A stretch of 64,000 nucleotides of DNA, from assembly GCA_018651085.1 (NCBI GenBank), contig JABIEQ010000011.1:3563-67562 (forward strand), read 5' to 3'. The stretch comes from Candidatus Magasanikiibacteriota bacterium. GTDB lineage: Bacteria; Patescibacteriota; Patescibacteriia; Magasanikbacterales; UBA922. The notes under the pieces were generated by a model. That model ran no database searches. It was given only the letters and a program-made list of their open reading frames with translations, and had not been told where the DNA came from. Of this stretch, positions 45,826 to 54,052 are shown piece after piece (the stretch's first letter is position 1; each line of letters starts with the position of its first letter). Position numbers and translations under genes: made by a program.

Positions 45826-48567
45826 TTATTCAATAGAGATATTAATCCCCTCCCCAATGACAACGGTATTTCTTCGTTTGAGTTTTCCTTGCAAAATTAA
45901 ATCTGCAAGAGCATTTTCAACATGTTCTTGAATGGCTCGTCTCATTGGCCTTGCTCCAAACTCTGGATCAAACCCAGCATCAGCTAACGCTTCAAGCGCT
46001 GCGTCTTCTACTCGTAGTGCTACTCCACGCGCTTCGAGATCCTTTTCTACGCGTTTAAGCATGAGCCTCGCAATCTTTTTAATCTCTTCTTTTTCTAGTG
46101 CCTTAAAGAGCACAATACCATCAAATCTATTAAGGAACTCTGGTCTATAGTACTCTTTTAGTTTTCCACGGACAAGCTCTTGCCTAATGTCTTCCATTTT
46201 CACCCCTTCTTGGATCTTTTCTTGGACAAACCCTGTTCCTGCGTTTGAGGTGGCAATAATAATAGCATTTGTGAAATCAATCACTCGCCCCACACTATCT
46301 GTAAGCCGCCCATCGTCAAAAACCTGTAAGAATATATTTAATACGTCTTTATTAGCCTTTTCCATTTCATCAAGCAAAATAAGAGAGAATGGTTGTTGTC
46401 TTACTGATTCCGTTAATAGGCCTGTTCCTTGTTGCCCGGGTTGTCCGATAAGACGATAGATACTTCCTTTGTCTTGAAACTCACTCATGTCTATTCTAAT
46501 CATGCGTTCTTCTCCACCAAAGTAGACTGAAGAAATAGTTTTTGCAAGTTCTGTTTTTCCAACACCGGTTGGTCCCAGAAATAAAAAGTTTGCAATTGGT
46601 CTTTTGGTCGAACGAATTTCTGCTCGTGCGCGCCGAAGAGCATTTGATACAAGGATGACAGCTTCATCTTGCCCAATGATGCGCTTATGCATTTCTTCTT
46701 CAAGTCTTAAGAGTTTATCTGATTCGTCTTCAGAAATACTGGTGGTTGGGATACCTGTTTTATTACTAATGATTGAGGCAATGTCTTCTGCCGTAACAAG
46801 ATGACTTTCCCCCTTTTTATTTTTGGTGTAACTTGCTCCTTCTGCCATGATGTCTATCGCACTTTCTGGAAGTTGTTGATCATGTAGGAACTTTTCTGCA
46901 AACTTAACCGATGCTGCGATAGCGTCATATGAGAAAAATACTTTTTGTTTATATTCTACGCCTCCAACTTTTGATTCTAATACCTGAATTGCTTGATTGT
47001 GATTCATTTCTTTAATGTTCACACGAGAAAGCACTGTACCAAGTTGGGTATTTGTTATGTGTTTATTGTACCCTTCTGTTGTTGTTGACGTAATAGTAAG
47101 GAATCTTCCAGGTCCAAGGAACTCTGCTAACACTTCTGATACATCTAACCCTTCTGTTTCTCCACCGACGGTCACCAGATCGTGAATGTTATTGATAAAC
47201 AAAATAATGTTGCCAGCTTTAGATATCTCGTGCATCATGCGCCGAAGTCTTTCAATCGCCCCATTCATCGTTGTTCCAGACAAGAGTGCTGAGGTAGAAA
47301 GTTGTACAAGTCTTTTGTCGTGAAGCCTTTTTGGCACACGCTCTTCAACCATTAACTGGGCAATCCCTTCAACAATACTCATTTTCCCAACGCCGTGTTC
47401 TCCAACGAGCGCTATACTTTGTCTTCCCCCTTCAATAATTCTAAATATTTCTTCAATCTCTTTGTCTCTTGCAACACAAGCACCAAGATGCCCATACTTT
47501 GCAGCAAGCGTTATGTCTTGGCTAAATTTATTTAAATACGGTGTTGCAACGGCGGTCATTGCTCTATCTATACCGTGTTTACTTCTGTGTGCTCCTGCTT
47601 TATGGATTGCGAGGTATTGTTCTCGCAGTTTTTCTCGAATACGTACCCAGGCAACCACATTTTCTAATTTCTCTTTATCTACTTTAAGGTCATAGAGTAG
47701 TTCTTGTAAGGGTTCTGATTCAAAAACTGCTGCAACTAATAGATTTGTTGAACGTACCTGTGATTCTTTTCTGTCGTACGCTTGCTCATACGATCTAAAC
47801 ATGATGTCTTTTACTTCATGTGAGAGAAGTGGGTTTCTTGGAATATTTCTTTTTGTGAAGAGTTTTGCAATACTTGCTTGCAACACACTCATTGAAATAC
47901 CCAGACGTAAAAAGACTGAGGCAATGTTTGGCACCATGATAAGGGCATAAAAAACATGGGCTGGTGAAACATCTTCGCTCTGATATCTATCTGCCACATT
48001 GTACGCTTCCTCTAGTACTTTTTTTGCTTCAACCGTAAAGACTTCTGAGATATCTAATCTTTTCTTGCTTGGAATATTTTTTCTGATTTCTTCAAATGAA
48101 CCAGGACCTTGTTCTTCCTCAATGCGTGGTTCCTTTTGTTCTTGCTTGTAGTTTATTTCTTTAAGAGGCCGCCTATGAATAATGCCTCTATATACAAGGT
48201 AAGAAAATGAAATAATAGAAAACCATAAAAAGAGTGCTACATAGTTTGGAGAACTTTCCCAAAAAGAACCTTTTACGAGATCTAAAATGAGCTCTTGAGT
48301 GTAGACGCTATACATGAACAATGCGAGAAACCCGATCCCAAAGATTACCGCTCCAATGACTCTAAATTTTTCAAGCTGTCGTCTCCCCTTTCTTGTTGCG
48401 ATGTGATATCTATTTAGTGGTGTTCCCCAATATAAAAAGGTACCGTTCACCATTCTACCAACACTCATGCCGTGACACACCTTACAATGAGAGAATCCAA
48501 CAAACCCTGTACTTTTACAGGTTTCGCAAGATATGAGTGATAATTTTTCTTGAGGTTCAAATAACAT
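45826..48567 (-). CDS. ClpB/ClpC-like double AAA+ ATPase with an N-terminal zinc ribbon and two TM helices.
   Basis: CETCKSTGF...CKVCHG, then TM helices, then two AAA+ modules (GEHGVGKMSIVEG; FLFLGPTGVGKTELAK; sensor and arginine fingers). Confidence 0.75.
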   Translation of the reverse strand: MLFEPQEKLSLISCETCKSTGFVGFSHCKVCHGMSVGRMVNGTFLYWGTPLNRYHIATRKGRRQLEKFRVIGAVIFGIGFLALFMYSVYTQELILDLVKGSFWESSPNYVALFLWFSIISFSYLVYRGIIHRRPLKEINYKQEQKEPRIEEEQGPGSFEEIRKNIPSKKRLDISEVFTVEAKKVLEEAYNVADRYQSEDVSPAHVFYALIMVPNIASVFLRLGISMSVLQASIAKLFTKRNIPRNPLLSHEVKDIMFRSYEQAYDRKESQVRSTNLLVAAVFESEPLQELLYDLKVDKEKLENVVAWVRIREKLREQYLAIHKAGAHRSKHGIDRAMTAVATPYLNKFSQDITLAAKYGHLGACVARDKEIEEIFRIIEGGRQSIALVGEHGVGKMSIVEGIAQLMVEERVPKRLHDKRLVQLSTSALLSGTTMNGAIERLRRMMHEISKAGNIILFINNIHDLVTVGGETEGLDVSEVLAEFLGPGRFLTITSTTTEGYNKHITNTQLGTVLSRVNIKEMNHNQAIQVLESKVGGVEYKQKVFFSYDAIAASVKFAEKFLHDQQLPESAIDIMAEGASYTKNKKGESHLVTAEDIASIISNKTGIPTTSISEDESDKLLRLEEEMHKRIIGQDEAVILVSNALRRARAEIRSTKRPIANFLFLGPTGVGKTELAKTISSVYFGGEERMIRIDMSEFQDKGSIYRLIGQPGQQGTGLLTESVRQQPFSLILLDEMEKANKDVLNIFLQVFDDGRLTDSVGRVIDFTNAIIIATSNAGTGFVQEKIQEGVKMEDIRQELVRGKLKEYYRPEFLNRFDGIVLFKALEKEEIKKIARLMLKRVEKDLEARGVALRVEDAALEALADAGFDPEFGARPMRRAIQEHVENALADLILQGKLKRRNTVVIGEGINISIE

Positions 48568-48570
48568 ATG

Positions 48571-48924
48571 CTAGATAATAGCTCGAAGAAGCATGGTGAA
48601 AATAAATATAGGAAAGGCAATCCAGATCATCACAATGATTGCTTGCACAAATAACCAAAGGAGCATGAGAAATGATCTAATAACCACATTCATGAACCGT
48701 ACAAAAAAACTCACAATTCTTCCTTGCCAATCATATTGCCCAAACATAGGAACAAAAATATACCGGGCCCATAGTCCTGGTACTAACCATGCATTTGCTG
48801 ATGCAAGAAGATTTCTACAATAGCCTAAAATAAATCGTATGCCCCCGGTAAACCACCATAGTGGAAAATAAAGGATATCAAGAATAAACTCGATGGCCAT
48901 ACGTTGTAAGATAAGAATCCACAT
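48571..48924 (-). CDS. Small integral membrane protein (117 aa).
   Basis: Three or four TM helices. No motif. Confidence 0.35.
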   Translation of the reverse strand: MWILILQRMAIEFILDILYFPLWWFTGGIRFILGYCRNLLASANAWLVPGLWARYIFVPMFGQYDWQGRIVSFFVRFMNVVIRSFLMLLWLFVQAIIVMIWIAFPIFIFTMLLRAII

Positions 48925-49005
48925 ACATTACTTTTATGTTCTTATTTTACCATAAATAGAAAGAAACTCCCATGGAGTTTCTTTGTGGTTTCTTTTTATA
49001 TTTTT

Positions 49006-49362
49006 CTAGCGAACGGCAACGGTTGTTCCCGGAAGGTTTATATACGCAAGATCGCTTCCAACTGGTACCATTTCTATGTTTTCTGATTTTAGTCGCTCTT
49101 GAATACGAATGATTGATCCTTCTTCTGCAATTTCTACTTCGATCTTTTGAATTTCTCTATCAAGACCACTTATGTCTCGACGAAGATCTCCCATATCATA
49201 TCCTCCGGTTGAAAGAGATCCTGTAATTTGCGTCACATTTAAAAACCCAAACGTTGCCACAATAGCAATAAGAGCAAACCGTGAAGTGTTGCTTAAAAAT
49301 ATGCGTGTTACCGCTTGCTTTCGTTGTCTCATGGTTTGTTTTTTGCGACGAAATTGTCTCAT
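49006..49362 (-). CDS. ftsL: FtsL-like cell division protein.
   Basis: Basic N-terminus, a single TM helix, a coiled segment, and its position directly downstream of rsmH in the dcw cluster. Confidence 0.45.
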   Translation of the reverse strand: MRQFRRKKQTMRQRKQAVTRIFLSNTSRFALIAIVATFGFLNVTQITGSLSTGGYDMGDLRRDISGLDREIQKIEVEIAEEGSIIRIQERLKSENIEMVPVGSDLAYINLPGTTVAVR

Positions 49363-49364
49363 AT

Positions 49365-50282
49365 TTATATTTTTTCTATAACGCGTAGTTTTGCTGAACG
49401 TGCTCGTGGATTTTCTTTTGCCTCAGCATTACTACACACGATAGGTTTTTTGGTAATAATATGTATTGATTTGTCTTTTATGCTTTTGAAAAAATGCTTT
49501 ACAATCCTATCTTCTAGAGAGTGAAACGTGATAACCGCGAGTCGTCCCCCTGACTGCAACACCTCTACTGCTTGAGGTAATACATCTTCTATTACACCTA
49601 ATTCATTGTTTACCGCAATTCTTATTGATTGAAAAATTCTCGTTGCTGGATGTATTCCTCCAATCCAAGGTATTTCTTTTTCTGTATTGAGTTTTTTTCT
49701 ATAGACTTCCAAAATGAGGTCTACAAGTTGCTTGGTCGTACTAATCTTTTCTTTTTTTCTCTTTTCCCCAATCTGCCAAGCTACTTCATTTGCGAATCGT
49801 TCTTCTCCATAGGTTGCAAAGACTCTTTCAATTTCTTCTATTGATTCATTGTTTATAAAGTCTTCTGCACTTTGCTTGTTATCTTTTCCAGCAGCGTAGC
49901 GCATGTCGAGAGGTTCATCTCCTTCGAAACTAAATCCTCTATTTCTTTCACTAAACTGTGGACTAGACCACCCAAAATCCATAAGTACTCCATGAATTGA
50001 TCCAATAGGATGTTCCTTTACAATCTCTTCGAGTTTTTCAAAGTTTTCTCGTACAAATGTCACTCTTCCATCAAATGGATAGAGTCGTTGTTTTGAACGA
50101 AGAAGTGATTCTGGATCTGCATCAATTGCAATGAGCCTTCCTTCTGGAGTAGTTGCTTCTAGTATTTTTTCTGAATGTCCCCCATCCCCTACGGTGCAAT
50201 CAATAACATGTGCTCCGGGGTAGAGTTTGAGTGACTCAATGACTTCATCAAGAAGTACAGGTACATGTCTTTTTGGTCCCAT
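49365..50282 (-). CDS. rsmH: 16S rRNA (cytosine1402-N4)-methyltransferase RsmH.
   Basis: HVPVLLDEV, DCTVGDGGHS, FHSLEDR motifs. Confidence 0.9.
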   Translation of the reverse strand: MGPKRHVPVLLDEVIESLKLYPGAHVIDCTVGDGGHSEKILEATTPEGRLIAIDADPESLLRSKQRLYPFDGRVTFVRENFEKLEEIVKEHPIGSIHGVLMDFGWSSPQFSERNRGFSFEGDEPLDMRYAAGKDNKQSAEDFINNESIEEIERVFATYGEERFANEVAWQIGEKRKKEKISTTKQLVDLILEVYRKKLNTEKEIPWIGGIHPATRIFQSIRIAVNNELGVIEDVLPQAVEVLQSGGRLAVITFHSLEDRIVKHFFKSIKDKSIHIITKKPIVCSNAEAKENPRARSAKLRVIEKI

Positions 50283-50283
50283 A

Positions 50284-50715
50284 CTATATTCCTAATTCCG
50301 CCATCTGTTCAGCGATTTCACAACTTTTTGCTTCTGTTTTTTTCTTATACTCTTCCCACTTTTTCTGATCCCAAATTTCTAGACGGTTGTATAGACCGGC
50401 TACAGTGATCTCTTTTTTGAGACCAGCAAAAGCGCGAAGGTAATCTGGTAGCATGACTCGACCTTGTTTATCTATCTTTACATCCATGGCCCCTGCGAGC
50501 ATTAACCGAGCGAATGCTCGAGTGTTTGCTTGCGCGAATGGAAGACTAGCAAGTTTTTCTGCCAGCTTTGCCCATTCCTTTTTGGTATAAAGAAACAGAC
50601 AATCATCTAGACCACGTGTAACAACAACACCGCTTGCAAGTGCTTGGCGGAATTTCTTTGGGACGGCAATCCGACCCTTTTCGTCTACGTTGTGTGAGTA
50701 TTCACCGATGAACAT
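50284..50715 (-). CDS. mraZ: Transcriptional regulator MraZ.
   Basis: Duplicated DxxxR-containing halves (MFIGEYSHNVDEKGRIAVPKKFR ... IDKQGRVMLPDYLR). Start set at MFIGEY; the longer GTG-start form is unsupported. Confidence 0.8.
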   Translation of the reverse strand: MFIGEYSHNVDEKGRIAVPKKFRQALASGVVVTRGLDDCLFLYTKKEWAKLAEKLASLPFAQANTRAFARLMLAGAMDVKIDKQGRVMLPDYLRAFAGLKKEITVAGLYNRLEIWDQKKWEEYKKKTEAKSCEIAEQMAELGI

Positions 50716-50881
50716 AGCGTTTTTATCGTAAGTAGGAAGACAAGCATTTTCCCCACTTTTCCCCACGTGAATCCATTATATCCCACTTTTATGGTTTTTC
50801 CAACTCTTTTTAGGAATATTTGTCCACTTTTTGGGGATAACCTGAAAATAAGCCCCCGGTTTCTATTTCTCTTTGACTGTA

Positions 50882-50910
50882 TTGACGATATGATCGTTTT
50901 GTGGTATATT
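50882..50910 (+). promoter_or_regulatory. Sigma70-like promoter for cassette 4 (TTGACG-N17-TATATT).
   Basis: Read from the sequence, about 100 nt upstream of the SD. Confidence 0.45.
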
Positions 50911-50930
50911 TTTTTGTCGAGGGTTGTTTT

Positions 50931-50972
50931 CTTGCAGAAAGTACATATGTCCCTTTGTGTTTTTTCTGCAAG
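50931..50972 (+). promoter_or_regulatory. 10-bp stem hairpin (CTTGCAGAAA ... TTTCTGCAAG) in the predicted 5' UTR of the cassette 4 gene.
   Basis: Perfect inverted repeat with a 22-nt loop, located between the predicted -10 box and the SD. Confidence 0.4.
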
Positions 50973-51014
50973 AAAGCCGCTTGTGGCTAAATACTCACAC
51001 CAAGGAGGGACGAG

Positions 51015-51371
51015 ATGAAGATCCGGCTGAAGATCAATCGGGAAGAGATTGTACCCAAAGAGAAAGGGATCCTGACGGGTCTTCTCGAGTACTTTGGGAA
51101 AGGACTTGAAGTTGCCAATAGCCAGATGGTGCTGACCTTTGAGGTCACATGCCATCTCACCGGACCTCAAGGCCCGGAAGACATTATGACCATCTGGATG
51201 AACAAAGAAGAAGCCCAAGAGCTCTCTGACGCAGGGGTCCCCCTTCTCACCGTGATGGCGCCTCGGTCAATGCTTCAAAACCGCAGAGGGCTCACCTACG
51301 ACGCCCCATGGCAAGACATCGAGGTCCTCGAAGAGGACCAGCCACCACCCCCGCCGCTCTCGGCAGCCTGA
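51015..51371 (+). CDS. Hypothetical protein (118 aa) in GC-rich cassette 4; ends ...EEDQPPPPPLSAA.
   Basis: AAGGAGGG SD 6 nt before the ATG. G/C-ending codons. Followed by a GC hairpin and then the AT-rich terminator at 51476-51504. Confidence 0.5.
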   Translation: MKIRLKINREEIVPKEKGILTGLLEYFGKGLEVANSQMVLTFEVTCHLTGPQGPEDIMTIWMNKEEAQELSDAGVPLLTVMAPRSMLQNRRGLTYDAPWQDIEVLEEDQPPPPPLSAA

Positions 51372-51475
51372 CAACCAACAAGGAGAAGAAATGGCACGCG
51401 CACCACCCTAAAAAAAGGGATGAGCACCGTGCCATCCCGACCTATGTGTTTGATATCTCAAATCTATAGGTTTAT

Positions 51476-51504
51476 AAAAAACTGCTACATATAGCAGTTT
51501 TTTG
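51476..51504 (+). terminator. Rho-independent terminator between cassettes 4 and 5.
   Basis: AAAAACTGCTACATATAGCAGTTTTTT. Confidence 0.6.
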
Positions 51505-51525
51505 TTTTCACTTTTCACTCTACCC

Positions 51526-51554
51526 TTGACATCTCCTAGTTATTATGGTTAGAT
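51526..51554 (+). promoter_or_regulatory. Sigma70-like promoter for cassette 5 (TTGACA-N17-TTAGAT).
   Basis: Read from the sequence, about 50 nt upstream of the AGGGAGG SD. Confidence 0.4.
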
Positions 51555-51604
51555 TGTCTGTTTTGGGTACAGATAGATAACGAAACCTTAGACAAGGGAG
51601 GACA

Positions 51605-51859
51605 ATGGTCACTATTCGAAACCTCCTAGAGGTTTACCACGAAGAACGGCTCCTGTGGGATTTACTTGGAGTCACTCCAAAACGCCAGAACGGTTTCTAT
51701 GAAATCGCCTGGTCTATTACGGTGGCACTGAGCTGGGAATACTCAATCCCAACATGGCAAGTCTCGAGACTTCCACAGGAGTACCTTCTTGGGTCAGAGT
51801 CCACCCGTTACTACTACAGGCTGTGTCTGTTTGTAGAAAACGGGAAGGCTCAACCCTGA
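51605..51859 (+). CDS. Hypothetical protein (84 aa) in GC-rich cassette 5.
   Basis: AGGGAGG SD. G/C-ending codons. Followed by a perfect 13-bp hairpin terminator. Confidence 0.5.
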   Translation: MVTIRNLLEVYHEERLLWDLLGVTPKRQNGFYEIAWSITVALSWEYSIPTWQVSRLPQEYLLGSESTRYYYRLCLFVENGKAQP

Positions 51860-51873
51860 AGAGAGACCACAAA

Positions 51874-51915
51874 GACCCGCCAAGCAGTTGCTTGGCGGGT
51901 CTTCACATTTATATT
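51874..51915 (+). terminator. Rho-independent terminator of cassette 5.
   Basis: GACCCGCCAAGCA-GT-TGCTTGGCGGGTC followed by a T-rich tract. Confidence 0.65.
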
Positions 51916-52100
51916 ACTAACTAAAGCGATATACTTAACAAAATATGATATATTTGTCAATATGCACCATCGTCCTTATCACACTATGGGGAACAAGAAT
52001 ATGACACTTCGTATGTTTGCTCCCCTAAATACCTGTTCAGTTTGGTGCTCGTGGGGAGGCACAACACAAACTGAATTCAATAGTGTGGAGGAAACGAACG

Positions 52101-52622
52101 ATGAGCACTGGCAACAAGGGTGGCGAGCTGCTGCCGCGCCTCAAGTACGAGTGGATCCCGGACCAAGGGGCCTTCCGGGTGACCCAGGAGGTCAGGCACT
52201 CCTCGAAGGAGTCGGCGATGCGTGCCCTGTGGGGTGTGTTTCGCGAAGGCTGGATCACGCGGGACAACTTCCTGACGATGCGCAGCCGCCTGATGGAGTC
52301 GAGACTGCCCGAAGGACAGATCGACCCGATCGTCAAGCGCTGCGAAACTGGGAAGGGGATCCGGCTCATGACCTACGCTGGTCCCTGGACCCAGTTCATC
52401 TACTCCCAGGCGGCACTCCGTCAGATCATGGAAAACTGCGTCGGACAGCTTCTGCTGACCCAGTACCAGTCTGAGGAACTCCTGAAGGAAGCCCTCGAAG
52501 AGTTCGAGGATCTTCCTGAAGAGCGCCAGCCGCTTGATGACATCCCGACCTCTGGTCTCCTCGAGATCCACATCATCGTGGGCGCCGGCCGGAAAGCCTC
52601 TCCGTCGCCAGACACTCATTAG
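52101..52622 (+). CDS. Hypothetical protein (173 aa) in GC-rich cassette 6.
   Basis: GGAGGAAACGAACG-ATG start. Strongly G/C-ending codons (CTG, GAG, CGC, GAC). Downstream GC hairpin GCCCACACCTTCGGCGTGGGC. Confidence 0.5.
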   Translation: MSTGNKGGELLPRLKYEWIPDQGAFRVTQEVRHSSKESAMRALWGVFREGWITRDNFLTMRSRLMESRLPEGQIDPIVKRCETGKGIRLMTYAGPWTQFIYSQAALRQIMENCVGQLLLTQYQSEELLKEALEEFEDLPEERQPLDDIPTSGLLEIHIIVGAGRKASPSPDTH

Positions 52623-52758
52623 CCCACACCTTCGGCGTGGGCACAGGCTCACGTCTGGAGGGACGTGATGAAGGTGGGACGGCGTTTCGCTCACGCGATA
52701 CGCCGACCCTGCAGTGCACTTTATGTATATAAAGTTCAGTGCAGGAAAAAATGTACAT

Positions 52759-52797
52759 AAAAATACACCAATTTAGTTGGTGTATTTTTATTTTTTA
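52759..52797. terminator. Bidirectional terminator shared by cassette 6 and uvrC.
   Basis: AAATACACCAATTTAGTTGGTGTATTT followed by a T-tract, immediately after the uvrC stop. Confidence 0.6.
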
Positions 52798-54050
52798 ATC
52801 TTTCGTCTTTTCCTTTGGAATGCAATGGCGAACCTATGAGCTTCATCTCGTACGTTTACAAGCATGTCCTGATTCATTTTTACCCATTTAATTAATACCC
52901 TATTTGCATCAGGAATAATAAATTCATTTTTCTTTCTCGCAGCTCCCTTTGCGATACCCACAATTGGCCTATCTACTCCAGCGAGTGCTAACACTTTTTT
53001 GGCGGTATTTACTTGTGGCTTTCCGCCATCAATTAAGAAAAGATCTGGTAATGGCCATTCTTTATGTTTTAAGCGTCTTTCTAACACTTCTTTCAAACAA
53101 GCCACATCACTTTGTCCTTCGACTGTTTTTATTTTAAATTTTCTATATTGTCTTTTATCTGGGCCCCCATGAGTAAAGACAACCATTGAACCAACTTTAT
53201 TTGAACTTCCTAAATTTGAAATATCATACCCTTCTACTTTTTGGATTTGACCTTCAACATAAAGGCTGTCCTCAACAAAACTTTTATTGATAAGTGTAAT
53301 GTCTTGAATCTTTGTAAGATTTTGTACTTGATCTCGCAGTCTTGCCGCTTCTTCAAAGGCGTATGCTTTGGCCGCTTTTTTCATGTCTTTTTCAAAAGTC
53401 TTTATCAACCGTTTTTTTCCACCTTTTAAAAATGTAACAAGTGGTGCAATGACTTTTTTCTTATAATCTTCCTTGGTAATCTCTTTTGTACACACTCCAA
53501 GACATTGTCCCATTTGATAATACAAACAAGGTTTATCTCCATCCTTTTTTCTTCTTTTCTTTTGACAGGTTGAAAGATGAAATAATCTTGTAAGAATTTT
53601 AATGGCAGCTTTTGTATTTAACCCAGGATATGGTCCAAAAATATATCGATACTGTTTTTTCATCTCATCTGTTTCTATTTGCATGAGATCATGTTCACGA
53701 GCAGTTTCTAATATTGGGTACCCTGATCTACTTATTGTAATGTAATTCCAACTTTTATTATCTTTCCCAATAACATTATATTTTGGCTGATACTTTTTAA
53801 TGGCATTTGCCTCAAGCACAATAGCTTCAAGTACTGATTCAGTTGATTGTGTTTTTATACTTTGTACTTCATGGATCATTCTTTCAATTGGTCGAGAGGT
53901 TCTTTTTCCTACAAAGTAACTCGTTACACGGCTTTTTAATGATGTTGCCTTTCCAACATAGATAATATCTTTCTCTTGGTTAAAAAAAAGATATATCCCC
54001 GGACTATCTGGGAGTCTTTTCGCTTTCTTTTTCCCTTTGTCGTTATCCAT
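52788..54050 (-). CDS. uvrC: Excinuclease ABC subunit C, short form (420 aa; GIY-YIG plus the UvrC family domain, no C-terminal HhH module).
   Basis: GIY-YIG GIYLFFNQEKDIIYVGKATSL. The Cys-rich QCLGVCT region. Confidence 0.65.
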   Translation of the reverse strand: MDNDKGKKKAKRLPDSPGIYLFFNQEKDIIYVGKATSLKSRVTSYFVGKRTSRPIERMIHEVQSIKTQSTESVLEAIVLEANAIKKYQPKYNVIGKDNKSWNYITISRSGYPILETAREHDLMQIETDEMKKQYRYIFGPYPGLNTKAAIKILTRLFHLSTCQKKRRKKDGDKPCLYYQMGQCLGVCTKEITKEDYKKKVIAPLVTFLKGGKKRLIKTFEKDMKKAAKAYAFEEAARLRDQVQNLTKIQDITLINKSFVEDSLYVEGQIQKVEGYDISNLGSSNKVGSMVVFTHGGPDKRQYRKFKIKTVEGQSDVACLKEVLERRLKHKEWPLPDLFLIDGGKPQVNTAKKVLALAGVDRPIVGIAKGAARKKNEFIIPDANRVLIKWVKMNQDMLVNVRDEAHRFAIAFQRKRRKIKK

Positions 54051-54052
54051 GC

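Noticed and set aside
50685-51218. 177-aa minus-strand ORF bridging the mraZ start and cassette 4.
   Set aside because: It runs through the mraZ N-terminus out of frame and across the intergenic promoters. It has no RBS. Its composition switches from AT-rich to GC-rich midway, so it is an artefact.
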